Part shown: positions 15,121-23,772 of the stretch, piece by piece
Numbering within the stretch: the first letter of the stretch is position 1
How the letters are laid out: every line of letters starts with the position of its first letter
Origin: an uncultured Mycolicibacterium sp.
Lineage (GTDB): Bacteria; Actinomycetota; Actinomycetes; Mycobacteriales; Mycobacteriaceae
Assembly (NCBI GenBank): GCA_945957405.1
Contig: CAMFLL010000001.1
Coordinates: 1 to 56,164 of the forward strand
DNA length: 56,164 nucleotides
Direction of reading: 5' to 3'
Notes under the pieces: generated by a model
What the model was told of the DNA's origin: nothing
The model's database searches: none
The model's input: only the letters and a program-made list of their open reading frames with translations
Program-made: the position numbers and the translations under genes

Positions 15121-15877
15121 CCGCCCCTATGCGCTTGTCCGTCGACCGGCCAAGAGCCTGAACGACGGCATGGTCACCTTCATCGAACGGCGCCCCATCG
15201 ACGTCGAACTGGCCAATCGGCAGTGGGACGACTACGTTGCCGCCTTCGAGCGCAACGGCTGGCCCACCGTCGTCGTCGACGCCGACGACGCGATGCCGGA
15301 CTGTGTGTTCATCGAGGACACCGTCGTGATGTTCGGCGACCTCGCGGTCATCACCAACCCGAGCCGACCGGCGCGCAATCCCGAGATCACCGCAGTCAAA
15401 CGGGTCATCGACGAACTGGGGATCGAGAGCACCGCCATTACGGGCGGCACCATCGACGGCGGTGACGTCCTGAAAATCGGTTCACAGGTTTACGTCGGCC
15501 TCAGCGGTACCACCAACGCAGCAGCCGTCGAGGAGCTGACGCGGATCCTGTCACCGCGCGGCTACACGGTCACCGGCGTACCGCTGTCCAAGGCCCTGCA
15601 CCTCAAGAGCACCGTCACCGCGTTGCCGGACGGGACGGTGATCGGCTGGGAACCCGTCGTGGACGACACGGGCGTCTATCCGTCTTTCGTGGCTGTACCG
15701 GAAGAGCAGGGATCGCACGTCGTCCTGCTGTCCGATGAGGTGCTGCTGATGAGCTCGGCGGCGCCGCGCTCCGCCGAGATGCTCGAAGAACGCGGGTATC
15801 ACGTTGAACGAGTGGATATCTCGGAGTACGAGCATCTCGAAGGGTGTGTCACCTGCCTCAGCGTGCGCGTGCGGTAG
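15113..15877 (+). CDS. ddaH: Dimethylarginine dimethylaminohydrolase (amidinotransferase superfamily)
   Basis: PDCVFIED, DGGDVL, LHLKS, EGCVTCLS (catalytic Cys) motifs. Confidence 0.88.
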   Translation: MPDRPYALVRRPAKSLNDGMVTFIERRPIDVELANRQWDDYVAAFERNGWPTVVVDADDAMPDCVFIEDTVVMFGDLAVITNPSRPARNPEITAVKRVIDELGIESTAITGGTIDGGDVLKIGSQVYVGLSGTTNAAAVEELTRILSPRGYTVTGVPLSKALHLKSTVTALPDGTVIGWEPVVDDTGVYPSFVAVPEEQGSHVVLLSDEVLLMSSAAPRSAEMLEERGYHVERVDISEYEHLEGCVTCLSVRVR

Positions 15878-15878
15878 C
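15797..15878 (+). repeat. Direct repeat copy 1 (3' end of ddaH)
   Basis: tatcacgttgaacgagtggatatctcggagtacgagcatctcgaagggtgtgtcacctgcctcagcgtgcgcgtgcggtagc; degenerate copy at 17777-17851. Confidence 0.9.
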
Positions 15879-16008
15879 TACCTGGGTATGGATTGCCCGG
15901 CAACGTACCGTGTGGCTGAGAAACGGCCGGGATGACAAAAATCGACATGTGGTCGGGCGCTGTGTTGGCGAATGTTGAAGACGCGATTCAGAACCTGGAA
16001 ACCGTCCA

Positions 16009-17702
16009 ATGAGTTATCTAGCAGATTTGGCGCACAGCGTGTCGGACGCTCTGCGTCTACGGCCGAAGCCTTGGGGCGTGACTGCCGCGATGCGCGCGGT
16101 GGCGGCTGCTGGCGCGATCGCCGTGACCGGAGCAATGTTCGGACATCTGTCCGCTGTAGGAGTGGTCTACCTCGGCGCAGCGTGTTCGGTCGCCTTTGTG
16201 CCGGCCGGCGTCTACCGGGTCCAAGCAATTGCGCTACTGGCTCAAGGTGCCGGCGCGATGCTCGGCATCTGCGCAGGGAACTTGCTACCGACCTCCCTGC
16301 CGTCTCTCGTCGCGTCCGCCGTAGTGGCGGGGACAGTTTCCGGCTTGGTCGGTTCCGTGGGGCCGAACGCGCCCGGATTCGGCATGATGCTCAGTATCGG
16401 CTTGGCCTTCGGGCAGTTCGGCGGATCGGCGCTGCCCTGGTGGCAGCAGTCGTTTCTCTACTTTGTCGGATTAGTCGTGGTCGCGGCCGCAACCTTGGCG
16501 CCGTGGGTGCTCCGGCGGAATGTGCGGGAACGCCAAATCGTTGCCGCTGTGTACTTCTCGGCCGCGGATCTCTGCGCAGCGACCTGCACCACGGGAGCAG
16601 CGGCCGCACGAGCACGCCTGGCCGCTGCCTCTGCCGACCTGCGCGCCGCAACTCCCCATCCGAAGGCTGAGTTGTTGGCCTATTCGGTCGCCGCTCTGTA
16701 TGCCGAAGGCCGCCCCGTTTCCAACGCTGTGGTGGATGCCATTCGAACCGCGGGCAGTCAGGTCCTTGCAGACGTGCCAGTGCAGGTGCAGATCGACGAC
16801 GCTCGGCCCAGCCCCGGCATGGCTGCGCTGCAGGACGCGCTCAGCTCGAACCCACAGCGCCCACCAGCTCCACACACCCAGTGGTCCGCCTGGGCTACCT
16901 TCCATGCGGTCACATCGCGCCATGCACAGTCCAACGGCATCCGTATCGGTGTGTGCATGGGAGTCGCGACCGCGTTGACCGCCACTCTGCACGAGCCCAC
17001 GCATTCATTCTGGTTACCGCTGACGGTCGCAGTGATCGTCCGGCCCGAGTACGCGTCGATATTTGTCCGCACCGTGAACCGGCTCATGGGGACAATCGTC
17101 GGCGCACTTGTCGCGGCGGGAGTTCTGAGTGTGACACCCGCTGGATTGCCGGTAGCCGCCGCCGCTGCTTTGGCGTTGGGATTCGCTGTCCTTTCGGCGC
17201 CAAAACAGTACGGGCTAAGTGTCATCGGAGTGACCGCGTCTGCGTTGCTATCCTCTTCCATCGGCCAGCAAGATCCGGTGCTGCCCGGACTACGGTTGGT
17301 GGACACGCTCCTAGGTGCCACGATCGCCGTGGTGTTCGGCTATCTACTCTGGCCCACCTCCCGCCAATTTCCCGAGGAAGCTCGGCTCGACGTCGCACTG
17401 ACCGCTGCCCACGATTACTTCACGGAGGCCGTCAAATCGCCTGAGCAACGCACACATTGGCAGACACGCCGTGACGATGCCTACCGCCTGGCCCATCAGG
17501 CCGCTTCGGCGATCAGGACGGCAATATCGGAGCCGCCGCCTTTGGGACCCGCTGCCGCCCGGTTGTTGCCGGCCGGCATCGAACTCGAAGATACAGTGAC
17601 GCCATCACCGCGATCGCGAATATCACAGATAATCACCGAGATGCTGGAATTTTGGCGGACATGGTGAAGCACCGGCTCGATTCGCTGCGGCGGGCCGGTT
17701 GA
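16009..17702 (+). CDS. FUSC family membrane protein, probable frameshift near 3' end
   Basis: HSFWLPLTVAVIVRP, RTVNRLMGTIVG, RLVDTLLG motifs. ORF stops at 17667 as written; a plausible C-terminus continues in another frame to 17702. Confidence 0.82.
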
Positions 17703-17776
17703 AACAGTGCAGACAACTCGCCTTCTGATGTCCGTTCAGCGCGCAGTGACCCGTTGCCGGAGCTCAGACGTAGCGC

Positions 17777-17851
17777 TATCACATTGAACGCGTGGATATC
17801 TCGGCCTACGAACACCTCGAAGGGTGCGTCACCTCCTCAGCGTGCGGTAGC
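17777..17851 (+). pseudogene. ddaH 3' fragment (direct repeat copy 2)
   Basis: Encodes YHIERVDISAYEHLEGCVT versus YHVERVDISEYEHLEGCVT in ddaH, followed by 1-nt and 6-nt deletions. Confidence 0.88.
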
Positions 17852-17871
17852 GGCTTGGACTTGTACCAGCC

Positions 17872-18765
17872 TCAGAATGTCCGAGGGGTGTTGAGCCACA
17901 GGACCGTAGTTGGCCCAGGTCCGTATGGATTACCGAACTCGTGGGCACGCTCGCTTCGGAAGGACATCGAGTCGCCTGGATCAAGGAGGTAGTCGTCGCT
18001 GCCGTCCAGGCGTAGGTGAAGCTGCCCGGACATCACGAACAAGAACTCTTCGCCCTCGTGCGAGATTGCACCATCGCTGCCACATCCTGGCTCGAACGTA
18101 AAGAGCAACGGTTCGAGGTTGCTGCCCGCAGTCGACAAGTCCTCGATCCGAACACCCTTGTCGCTATCGAGAACTCGACGAGAATGCGCCCTCACCAACA
18201 AATTTGGCGCTTCATACGATTCAGTCATGAGACCGAGCACGTTCGTGTCGAATGCCGCGCCCAGCTTCTGTAGCGAAGCTATCGACGGAACGGCGGTTCC
18301 TCGCTCGACCGCGCTGATGTATGACGCGCTGAGGCCCGTCATCGCCGCAACATCGCGAAGCGTCAGTTTGCGGCCCTTGCGTAGATCACGGATCGCGCCC
18401 CCCGCATGACGTGCGTGCGCCAATCCCGGCGCTGACGCTTCACCATTGCGGCCGGCATCTCCCGGCTGATCGAGGATTCGGCGAACTCCTTCAGCGTTCA
18501 CACCACCGGCCATCAGCGACTGGATGCGTCGCATGCGGTCGATGTCGACCAACGTGTAGGTGCGGTATCCCGACGACGTCCGCGCTGGGGTGATCAGGTG
18601 TTGCTGTTCCCATTTGCGCAGCTGTACTGCGCTGGCGCCCACCAGTTGGGCCGCTTGTTGAATGTAGAGAACTTGCCCGTTCGTAAGGCCGACGGCGCCG
18701 TGGTCATCGGTGCGCTGGCGCGTACCTCCATTCAACGCACTCGCGCGAGGCGCACCCATCGACAT
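17872..18765 (-). CDS. MerR-HTH / XRE-HTH / cupin transcriptional regulator (copy 1)
   Basis: MerR: LRKWEQQHLITPARTSSGYRTY; XRE: IRDLRKGRKLTLRDVA...SYISAVERG; cupin: HEGEEFLFV...GDSMSF...H. Start trimmed to MSMGAPR. Confidence 0.88.
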   Translation of the reverse strand: MSMGAPRASALNGGTRQRTDDHGAVGLTNGQVLYIQQAAQLVGASAVQLRKWEQQHLITPARTSSGYRTYTLVDIDRMRRIQSLMAGGVNAEGVRRILDQPGDAGRNGEASAPGLAHARHAGGAIRDLRKGRKLTLRDVAAMTGLSASYISAVERGTAVPSIASLQKLGAAFDTNVLGLMTESYEAPNLLVRAHSRRVLDSDKGVRIEDLSTAGSNLEPLLFTFEPGCGSDGAISHEGEEFLFVMSGQLHLRLDGSDDYLLDPGDSMSFRSERAHEFGNPYGPGPTTVLWLNTPRTF

Positions 18766-18987
18766 GCCAACCACTTCCCGCTGAAACCCATGAGAGTCCT
18801 GATACCCGTGAGGATAGTCGCGGTGGATTCCTGAATTGGGCCCAACATCTCCTGTATCCCTCGGAAAACGACCTGAACTGGACAAATCTGCCGGCTCCGA
18901 GCATCCAACACAGGTCACAGTTCCTGAGAAAAGTGATGTGGAACACGAAACGGTCTTGAAACCGGGCGTCATCTCTGCGTAGCATTT

Positions 18988-19074
18988 GTGCTCTAACCTT
19001 CACCAAATCCACAAACCTTTTACTCGGCCTCATCAGTCCTACAACCTTCACCAGAAACCAGAGGGTTAGAGCAC
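18988..19074. promoter_or_regulatory. Repeat-rich leader upstream of monooxygenase operon
   Basis: 11-bp inverted repeat GTGCTCTAACC (18988-18998) / GGTTAGAGCAC (19064-19074) and direct repeat AACCTTCACCA (18995-19005, 19043-19053). Confidence 0.5.
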
Positions 19075-19106
19075 CACCATGGCATCCACGACCGATCGGA
19101 GCAGCG

Positions 19107-20573
19107 ATGAAGACCCGCGAGCAGTACCAGCGCCTAACCCACTCCCTCCACTGGGACCCCACCTATGTCGGCGAGGACGCCTACGTCCCCGAAGAGTGGC
19201 GCACCGCCTGCACCATGCCGGACTGGAAGAAGTTCAACGACCCGTTCCAGATCCTCTTCGAGGACTACATCCGTATCCAGGCCGAGAAAGAAGACAAATT
19301 TCACGCCGTCCGCGACGCCGGCGCCCGGTTCGGCCACATCGGACGTGTCGACCCTCGCTGGGTCGAAGCAATGAAGTCCTTCAACACAGCTCTTACCTAT
19401 AGCGAGTACTACAACTACCGCGGCCACGTCCGGGTCGCGCGCTTCGCACCAGCACCGGCGATTCGGATCGCGTCGATGGTGCAGGCCATGGACGAGCGAC
19501 GCCACGCCGAAGAAGCGGTGTATCAGGCAAAGGACTACGTCAAACATCATGAGAGCGGATTCCTTCTGCCCAAGGACCGCATCGCGTTCTTCGAGCGGCA
19601 CTGGTATTTCCAGGGAGATCGCTCATTCTTCGAGGATCTGATCACCACCGATCCGATCGAAGCAATCATCGGCACCAACCTCGTGTTCGAGACCGCCTTC
19701 ACGAACCTGCTGTTCATTGCCGCCCCCGCTGCTGGTGTTGCGAACGGAGACTTCGGATTCGGACAAGCGCACCTGACGATCCAAAGCGATGAGACCCGTC
19801 ACATGGCCTTGGGGCAGTCAGTGGCCAGGGCAATGCTGCAGAACGACGACACCAACCTCGCATTGATCCAGGACTGGATGGACAAATGGTTCTGGCGTTG
19901 CCACCGACTGCTGCTGGCCGTCGTCGGCCCCGTCCTGGACTATTTCCCGAAAAACAAGCCGATCTCCTACAAAGAAGCCTTCCACCGCTACGTCGTCGAG
20001 GATTTCATCCAGGGTTACGTCTCCGAACTGTCGCAATTCGGCCTGAAGCCGCCCCGTCATCTCGACCAGGCTCTCACCGAGATCGAGCATGGCTCCCACA
20101 GCATTTGGCGCGGACTGTACGCCTCGCGCGACCAGTTGTGGTTCGACGTTCATCAGCCCACTGCTGAGGATCTAGCTTGGTTGCAGGACAAGTACCCCGC
20201 CTTCGAGCATAGCCATGCACCGTTCTGGCGCGCCGTGGCAGCTGGGGCGGTCGTCGACGCCGACACCGTGCCGATGACATGCGACGTCTGCAAGTTCCCC
20301 TGCACCTTCCCCGATCCCGCCAATCCTGTAGCCCTCCCGGTCGATCACGACGGCCAGAGGTACTGGTTCTGCTCGGAAGGCTGCCAATGGATCTTCGAGC
20401 GGGAAGCCACCAAGTATGTCCGAACCATGGAGCCCGCTCCGCTGTTGCTGGCCGATAAAGACCCCAAGTGGGTGGCACAGTTCCTCAACATCAGCCCCGA
20501 CGGCAAACCGCTGGGTGGCACGTACGCGCCCGAGGGCTACTTCCCGGCCATGGCCGTACCCGCCACCATCTGA
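19107..20573 (+). CDS. Soluble di-iron monooxygenase hydroxylase alpha subunit (C-terminal YHS-like domain)
   Basis: Di-iron ligands SEY, DERRH, FETAFTN, QSDETRH; N-terminal LT..L.W.PTY; C-terminal CDVC...RYWFCSEGCQWIF. Confidence 0.92.
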   Translation: MKTREQYQRLTHSLHWDPTYVGEDAYVPEEWRTACTMPDWKKFNDPFQILFEDYIRIQAEKEDKFHAVRDAGARFGHIGRVDPRWVEAMKSFNTALTYSEYYNYRGHVRVARFAPAPAIRIASMVQAMDERRHAEEAVYQAKDYVKHHESGFLLPKDRIAFFERHWYFQGDRSFFEDLITTDPIEAIIGTNLVFETAFTNLLFIAAPAAGVANGDFGFGQAHLTIQSDETRHMALGQSVARAMLQNDDTNLALIQDWMDKWFWRCHRLLLAVVGPVLDYFPKNKPISYKEAFHRYVVEDFIQGYVSELSQFGLKPPRHLDQALTEIEHGSHSIWRGLYASRDQLWFDVHQPTAEDLAWLQDKYPAFEHSHAPFWRAVAAGAVVDADTVPMTCDVCKFPCTFPDPANPVALPVDHDGQRYWFCSEGCQWIFEREATKYVRTMEPAPLLLADKDPKWVAQFLNISPDGKPLGGTYAPEGYFPAMAVPATI

Positions 20574-20609
20574 AAGTCCAAAAGCTCAGGAAATCAAGGA
20601 GATCAAGCC

Positions 20610-21854
20610 ATGCTCGTATATTCACGAATCCTCGGCGAAGCAGCACCGGAGGCGTTCGTCCTCGACGGGGACGACCCCACCGTCGCCGACCTGCTCGAGG
20701 CGATCACTGGATCCCGATCCGCGCAGGGGCGCCTGATCGAGCTCGACCACGATGGCGACGAACGAACCCCACTAGCCGAACTCGGGATCACAGACGGCGA
20801 TCTCGTCGGGGTCCGCGCCGTCGGTGAACCCAAATCTGATGTGACACCGGTTCCCAAGCCGGTATTCGACCTGGATGCCGTGCAAGCACCCTTGACCAAA
20901 GGACGCCGACTCAACGAATACGAGGAAGTGACGCAACTTCTGCAGTGGCACAGCCCCTTCCACATCAACGGTGACCGCCCGTCGCACAAAGTGTGGTCCG
21001 ACGACAGCACGCAGCTCAAGTGCAGCGACTGGGAGTCGTACCGTACCCCGGACAAGCTTTACTACCGGACGTACACCACCCGGCAAGCTCGTGCCGGCCG
21101 GAGCGTTGCGACCGCATTCGAGTTCGCCGAAAGCGACAATCAACTGGCGAACGTTGATCCCGCTCGAGTTGAGCTGCTCCGCAACGTCGTTGGCGTACTG
21201 CAGTACCCGGATTGGGGGCTGTGTGTCGCACATCAGAACGCCACACGATTCGCTTTGTCCTCCTGGATCGCAGGCGCCACCTCGTTCATGATGTTCGATG
21301 AGCTCCGGCACGCGCAGCTCTACGGACGACTTGCCCTGGCGTACGGGCAGCACCACGAGGGGTTCGACGACCCCCGCCCACCGTGGATGGACGAGTCTCG
21401 TTTCCAGGCCATGCGCCGCCTGATCGAGGAGACGCTGGCCACCTTGGACTGGGGCAAGACCATTGTTCTCGACGATCTGATTGTCGAACCACTGATGACC
21501 AGTGCCGCCCATGCGCTGCTCACCACCGGTAGCCTCGCCGCCGGCGACGGGCTGACGCCGTTCGTATGCCGATCCATCGAGGACGATAAGGTGCGGCACC
21601 GCGAAAGTGCCGCGGCCTTTCTCAAATTGGTCTGCGCCGACGAGATCTACGGCGACGCGAACCGCCCGTTGATCACCACATGGGCTGAAGAGCTCCTCCC
21701 ACGCGCATACGCAGCTGCCCAACGCCTGCTCGGTGACGATGTGCCCACCGAAGATGCGCTCGCAGAGGCGCTGCACTGGATTACCGAAGAGTTCAACGAG
21801 GTCGGAATCGACCTCACCGCAGTCGAACTCAAAGAAAAGGAGCTCTCAGCATGA
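20610..21854 (+). CDS. SDIMO hydroxylase beta subunit with N-terminal ubiquitin-like (gamma-like) extension
   Basis: RRLNEYEEVT, DWESYRTPDKLYYRTY..RQ, W...FQAMRRLIEE, DWG beta motifs, preceded by ~70 aa 'PTVADLL...TPLAELGITDGDLVGV'. Confidence 0.85.
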   Translation: MLVYSRILGEAAPEAFVLDGDDPTVADLLEAITGSRSAQGRLIELDHDGDERTPLAELGITDGDLVGVRAVGEPKSDVTPVPKPVFDLDAVQAPLTKGRRLNEYEEVTQLLQWHSPFHINGDRPSHKVWSDDSTQLKCSDWESYRTPDKLYYRTYTTRQARAGRSVATAFEFAESDNQLANVDPARVELLRNVVGVLQYPDWGLCVAHQNATRFALSSWIAGATSFMMFDELRHAQLYGRLALAYGQHHEGFDDPRPPWMDESRFQAMRRLIEETLATLDWGKTIVLDDLIVEPLMTSAAHALLTTGSLAAGDGLTPFVCRSIEDDKVRHRESAAAFLKLVCADEIYGDANRPLITTWAEELLPRAYAAAQRLLGDDVPTEDALAEALHWITEEFNEVGIDLTAVELKEKELSA

Positions 21855-22168
21855 CCGCACACGTTGCCAGATCAGTGGTCGGCATCGAAATGATGGCCGG
21901 CGAAGAGTGCGACGCCATTGTCGCCGCCGTTGTCGAGGATGTTCCGGCCGCCTCGGTCGTGAAGATGCCCGGCATGGTGCTGCTGGATGTCCCTGACCGG
22001 ATGGTCATCCATGCGTCCGCGGTCTCCGAGCATCTGGGACGGGACTGGGACAGCCGTGACCTGAACCAGGTCGTCTCCGCCTACCGCGGCTACTTCACGC
22101 GGTGGGACGACGAGCAAGTCGTACTGAGTTGGAACGCTGACGATCCGGGAGATGATGTTCGTGTTTGA
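21851..22168 (+). CDS. MmoB/DmpM-family monooxygenase coupling protein
   Basis: VGIEMMAGEECDAIV, VSEHLGRDW, VVSAYRG pattern; 105 aa; ATGA overlap with beta gene. Confidence 0.88.
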   Translation: MTAHVARSVVGIEMMAGEECDAIVAAVVEDVPAASVVKMPGMVLLDVPDRMVIHASAVSEHLGRDWDSRDLNQVVSAYRGYFTRWDDEQVVLSWNADDPGDDVRV

Positions 22169-22526
22169 CGAATTCCGCTCCGACGACCGCATCATCCACG
22201 TCTGCGTCAACATCGACTGCGCGATGCGCGGATCCGAGGCTGTCCGCGATCGACTCCGCGAGGTGGTCGATGAGACCGGCGCAGACATCGAGGTCAACGA
22301 CTACATCTGCTTCGCCGCCTGCGAACAGGGGCCCAATCTCCTCATCGAGCACTGCCGGGCTTTCTACAGCGAGGTCGGACCCGATGATGCCAGCGCAATT
22401 GTCGCTCACGCCGAAGGTGGTGATGCCGTCGACCGAATCGATCGCAGCGACTCATTCTTGGCGCGCAAGATCTTCAACATGCTCGACGCGGGATTCAAAC
22501 CCGGTGACTTGAGCCTGTCGGAGTAG
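22155..22526 (+). CDS. Thioredoxin-like [2Fe-2S] ferredoxin (NuoE-like domain)
   Basis: IHVCVNIDC..RGS and ICFAACEQGPN (C-x4-C...C-x3-C); no Rieske CxH motif. Confidence 0.88.
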   Translation: MFVFDEFRSDDRIIHVCVNIDCAMRGSEAVRDRLREVVDETGADIEVNDYICFAACEQGPNLLIEHCRAFYSEVGPDDASAIVAHAEGGDAVDRIDRSDSFLARKIFNMLDAGFKPGDLSLSE

Positions 22527-22531
22527 CGATC

Positions 22532-23758
22532 ATGCCCATGAGTGAAAGCCTGCTGCCAAGCCACCACGTGGATCGGCGAGAGTACCTCGAAGGCGGCGGG
22601 TATCTGGCCCTACGTTATGCGCACGCCGAACCGGGCCGGGCCCGGGAAGCGTTACTCGCGACGCCCCTGACCGGCCTCGGCGGCGCCCACTTTCCGTTCA
22701 CCCGCAAGTTCGCATCGACGTTGGCCGCGCCTGGACCACGTGTTGTCGTGTGCAACGCAGCCGAGGATGAACCGGGAAGCAAGAAAGACCGCATGCTGAT
22801 GTCTCGCAATCCTCACCTGATCTTGGAGGGGGCGATGATTGCCGCCGCTGTGCTGGATGCCCACGACATCATCATCTACGTCAGCGAACTCGCCGAGGAC
22901 GAACACGCCAGTGTGGTCGCCGCCATCGACGACATACGCGACAATTACGCCCTCGGACCGCGGTTGCGAATATTCCGTGCCAGCCGACAGTATGTGTCCG
23001 GCGAGGCGACGGCGGCCATCGACGCCATCAACGGGGGACCCGGCAAGCCCACCGGACATCCACCCTATCCGACCGAGAAAGGTGTCGACGGACTGCCCAC
23101 CGTTGTCGCCAACTGCGAGACACTCGCCAACCTGCCGCGAATCATCCTCGCCGCCTGGGCCGGAGTACAACCAAGATGGACACGCCTAGCGACGATCAGC
23201 GGGGACATTGCCACACCCGGCGTGTACGAGATCGATCCTACTGCAGATACTTTCGCGGACCTGATCGCACGAGCGGGCGATCTGACAGGTTCAGGCTGCC
23301 TCAAAGCCTTCCAGCCGGGTGGGCCGTCGAGCCGCTTCCTGACCGCCGACGATGCAGCCACTCTGATCGACAACGCGGCGATTCGCACGGCGGGCTCTCA
23401 ACCTGGCTGCCTTGCCATCCGCGTATTCGCCACCAGCAGTTGCATAGTCGAAGTCTGTGAGGAGATCACCGGCTTCTTCGCTCGCGAACAATGCGGCCAG
23501 TGTCCGCCCTGCCGCATGAAAACACAGACCTACCACCGGACAATCCAACAGCTCGGAAAGTCGGGTGGAGGGAAGGAACTCCTCAGCAAGCTTGCGGTCG
23601 TCGACGACTTCGTCGCCGACATGCCACACCGGTGTTCCTTGATCGACATGCCAACGTCGCCGGTCGATTCAGCCCGCCAATTGTTCCCCGACGACTTCTC
23701 CGCCCATATCGACAACGGCCAGTGCGCGGTCCACGAGCCAACTCCAAGCCCACGATAG
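22532..23758 (+). CDS. NuoF-like FMN/[4Fe-4S] NAD(P)H-oxidising subunit
   Basis: GLGGAHFP, CNAAEDEPGSKKDR, PHLILEG, YVSGEATA, PPYP, NCETL, QPGGPS, CGQCPPCR...C motifs; no other nuo genes in window. Confidence 0.9.
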   Translation: MPMSESLLPSHHVDRREYLEGGGYLALRYAHAEPGRAREALLATPLTGLGGAHFPFTRKFASTLAAPGPRVVVCNAAEDEPGSKKDRMLMSRNPHLILEGAMIAAAVLDAHDIIIYVSELAEDEHASVVAAIDDIRDNYALGPRLRIFRASRQYVSGEATAAIDAINGGPGKPTGHPPYPTEKGVDGLPTVVANCETLANLPRIILAAWAGVQPRWTRLATISGDIATPGVYEIDPTADTFADLIARAGDLTGSGCLKAFQPGGPSSRFLTADDAATLIDNAAIRTAGSQPGCLAIRVFATSSCIVEVCEEITGFFAREQCGQCPPCRMKTQTYHRTIQQLGKSGGGKELLSKLAVVDDFVADMPHRCSLIDMPTSPVDSARQLFPDDFSAHIDNGQCAVHEPTPSPR

Positions 23759-23772
23759 GAAGCACATTCACC

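Noticed and set aside
15878-17776. FUSC segment as a mobile element
   Set aside because: No transposase, integrase or terminal inverted repeats; kept only as a recombination scar.
19107-22168. Methane/propane monooxygenase or PaaABC epoxidase assignment
   Set aside because: Motifs are closer to aromatic hydroxylases, and an MmoB/DmpM coupling protein argues against Paa; no gene symbol assigned.
22155-23758. Respiratory nuoE/nuoF genes
   Set aside because: No other nuo subunits, the NuoE-like protein lacks the N-terminal helical domain, and the motifs are divergent.
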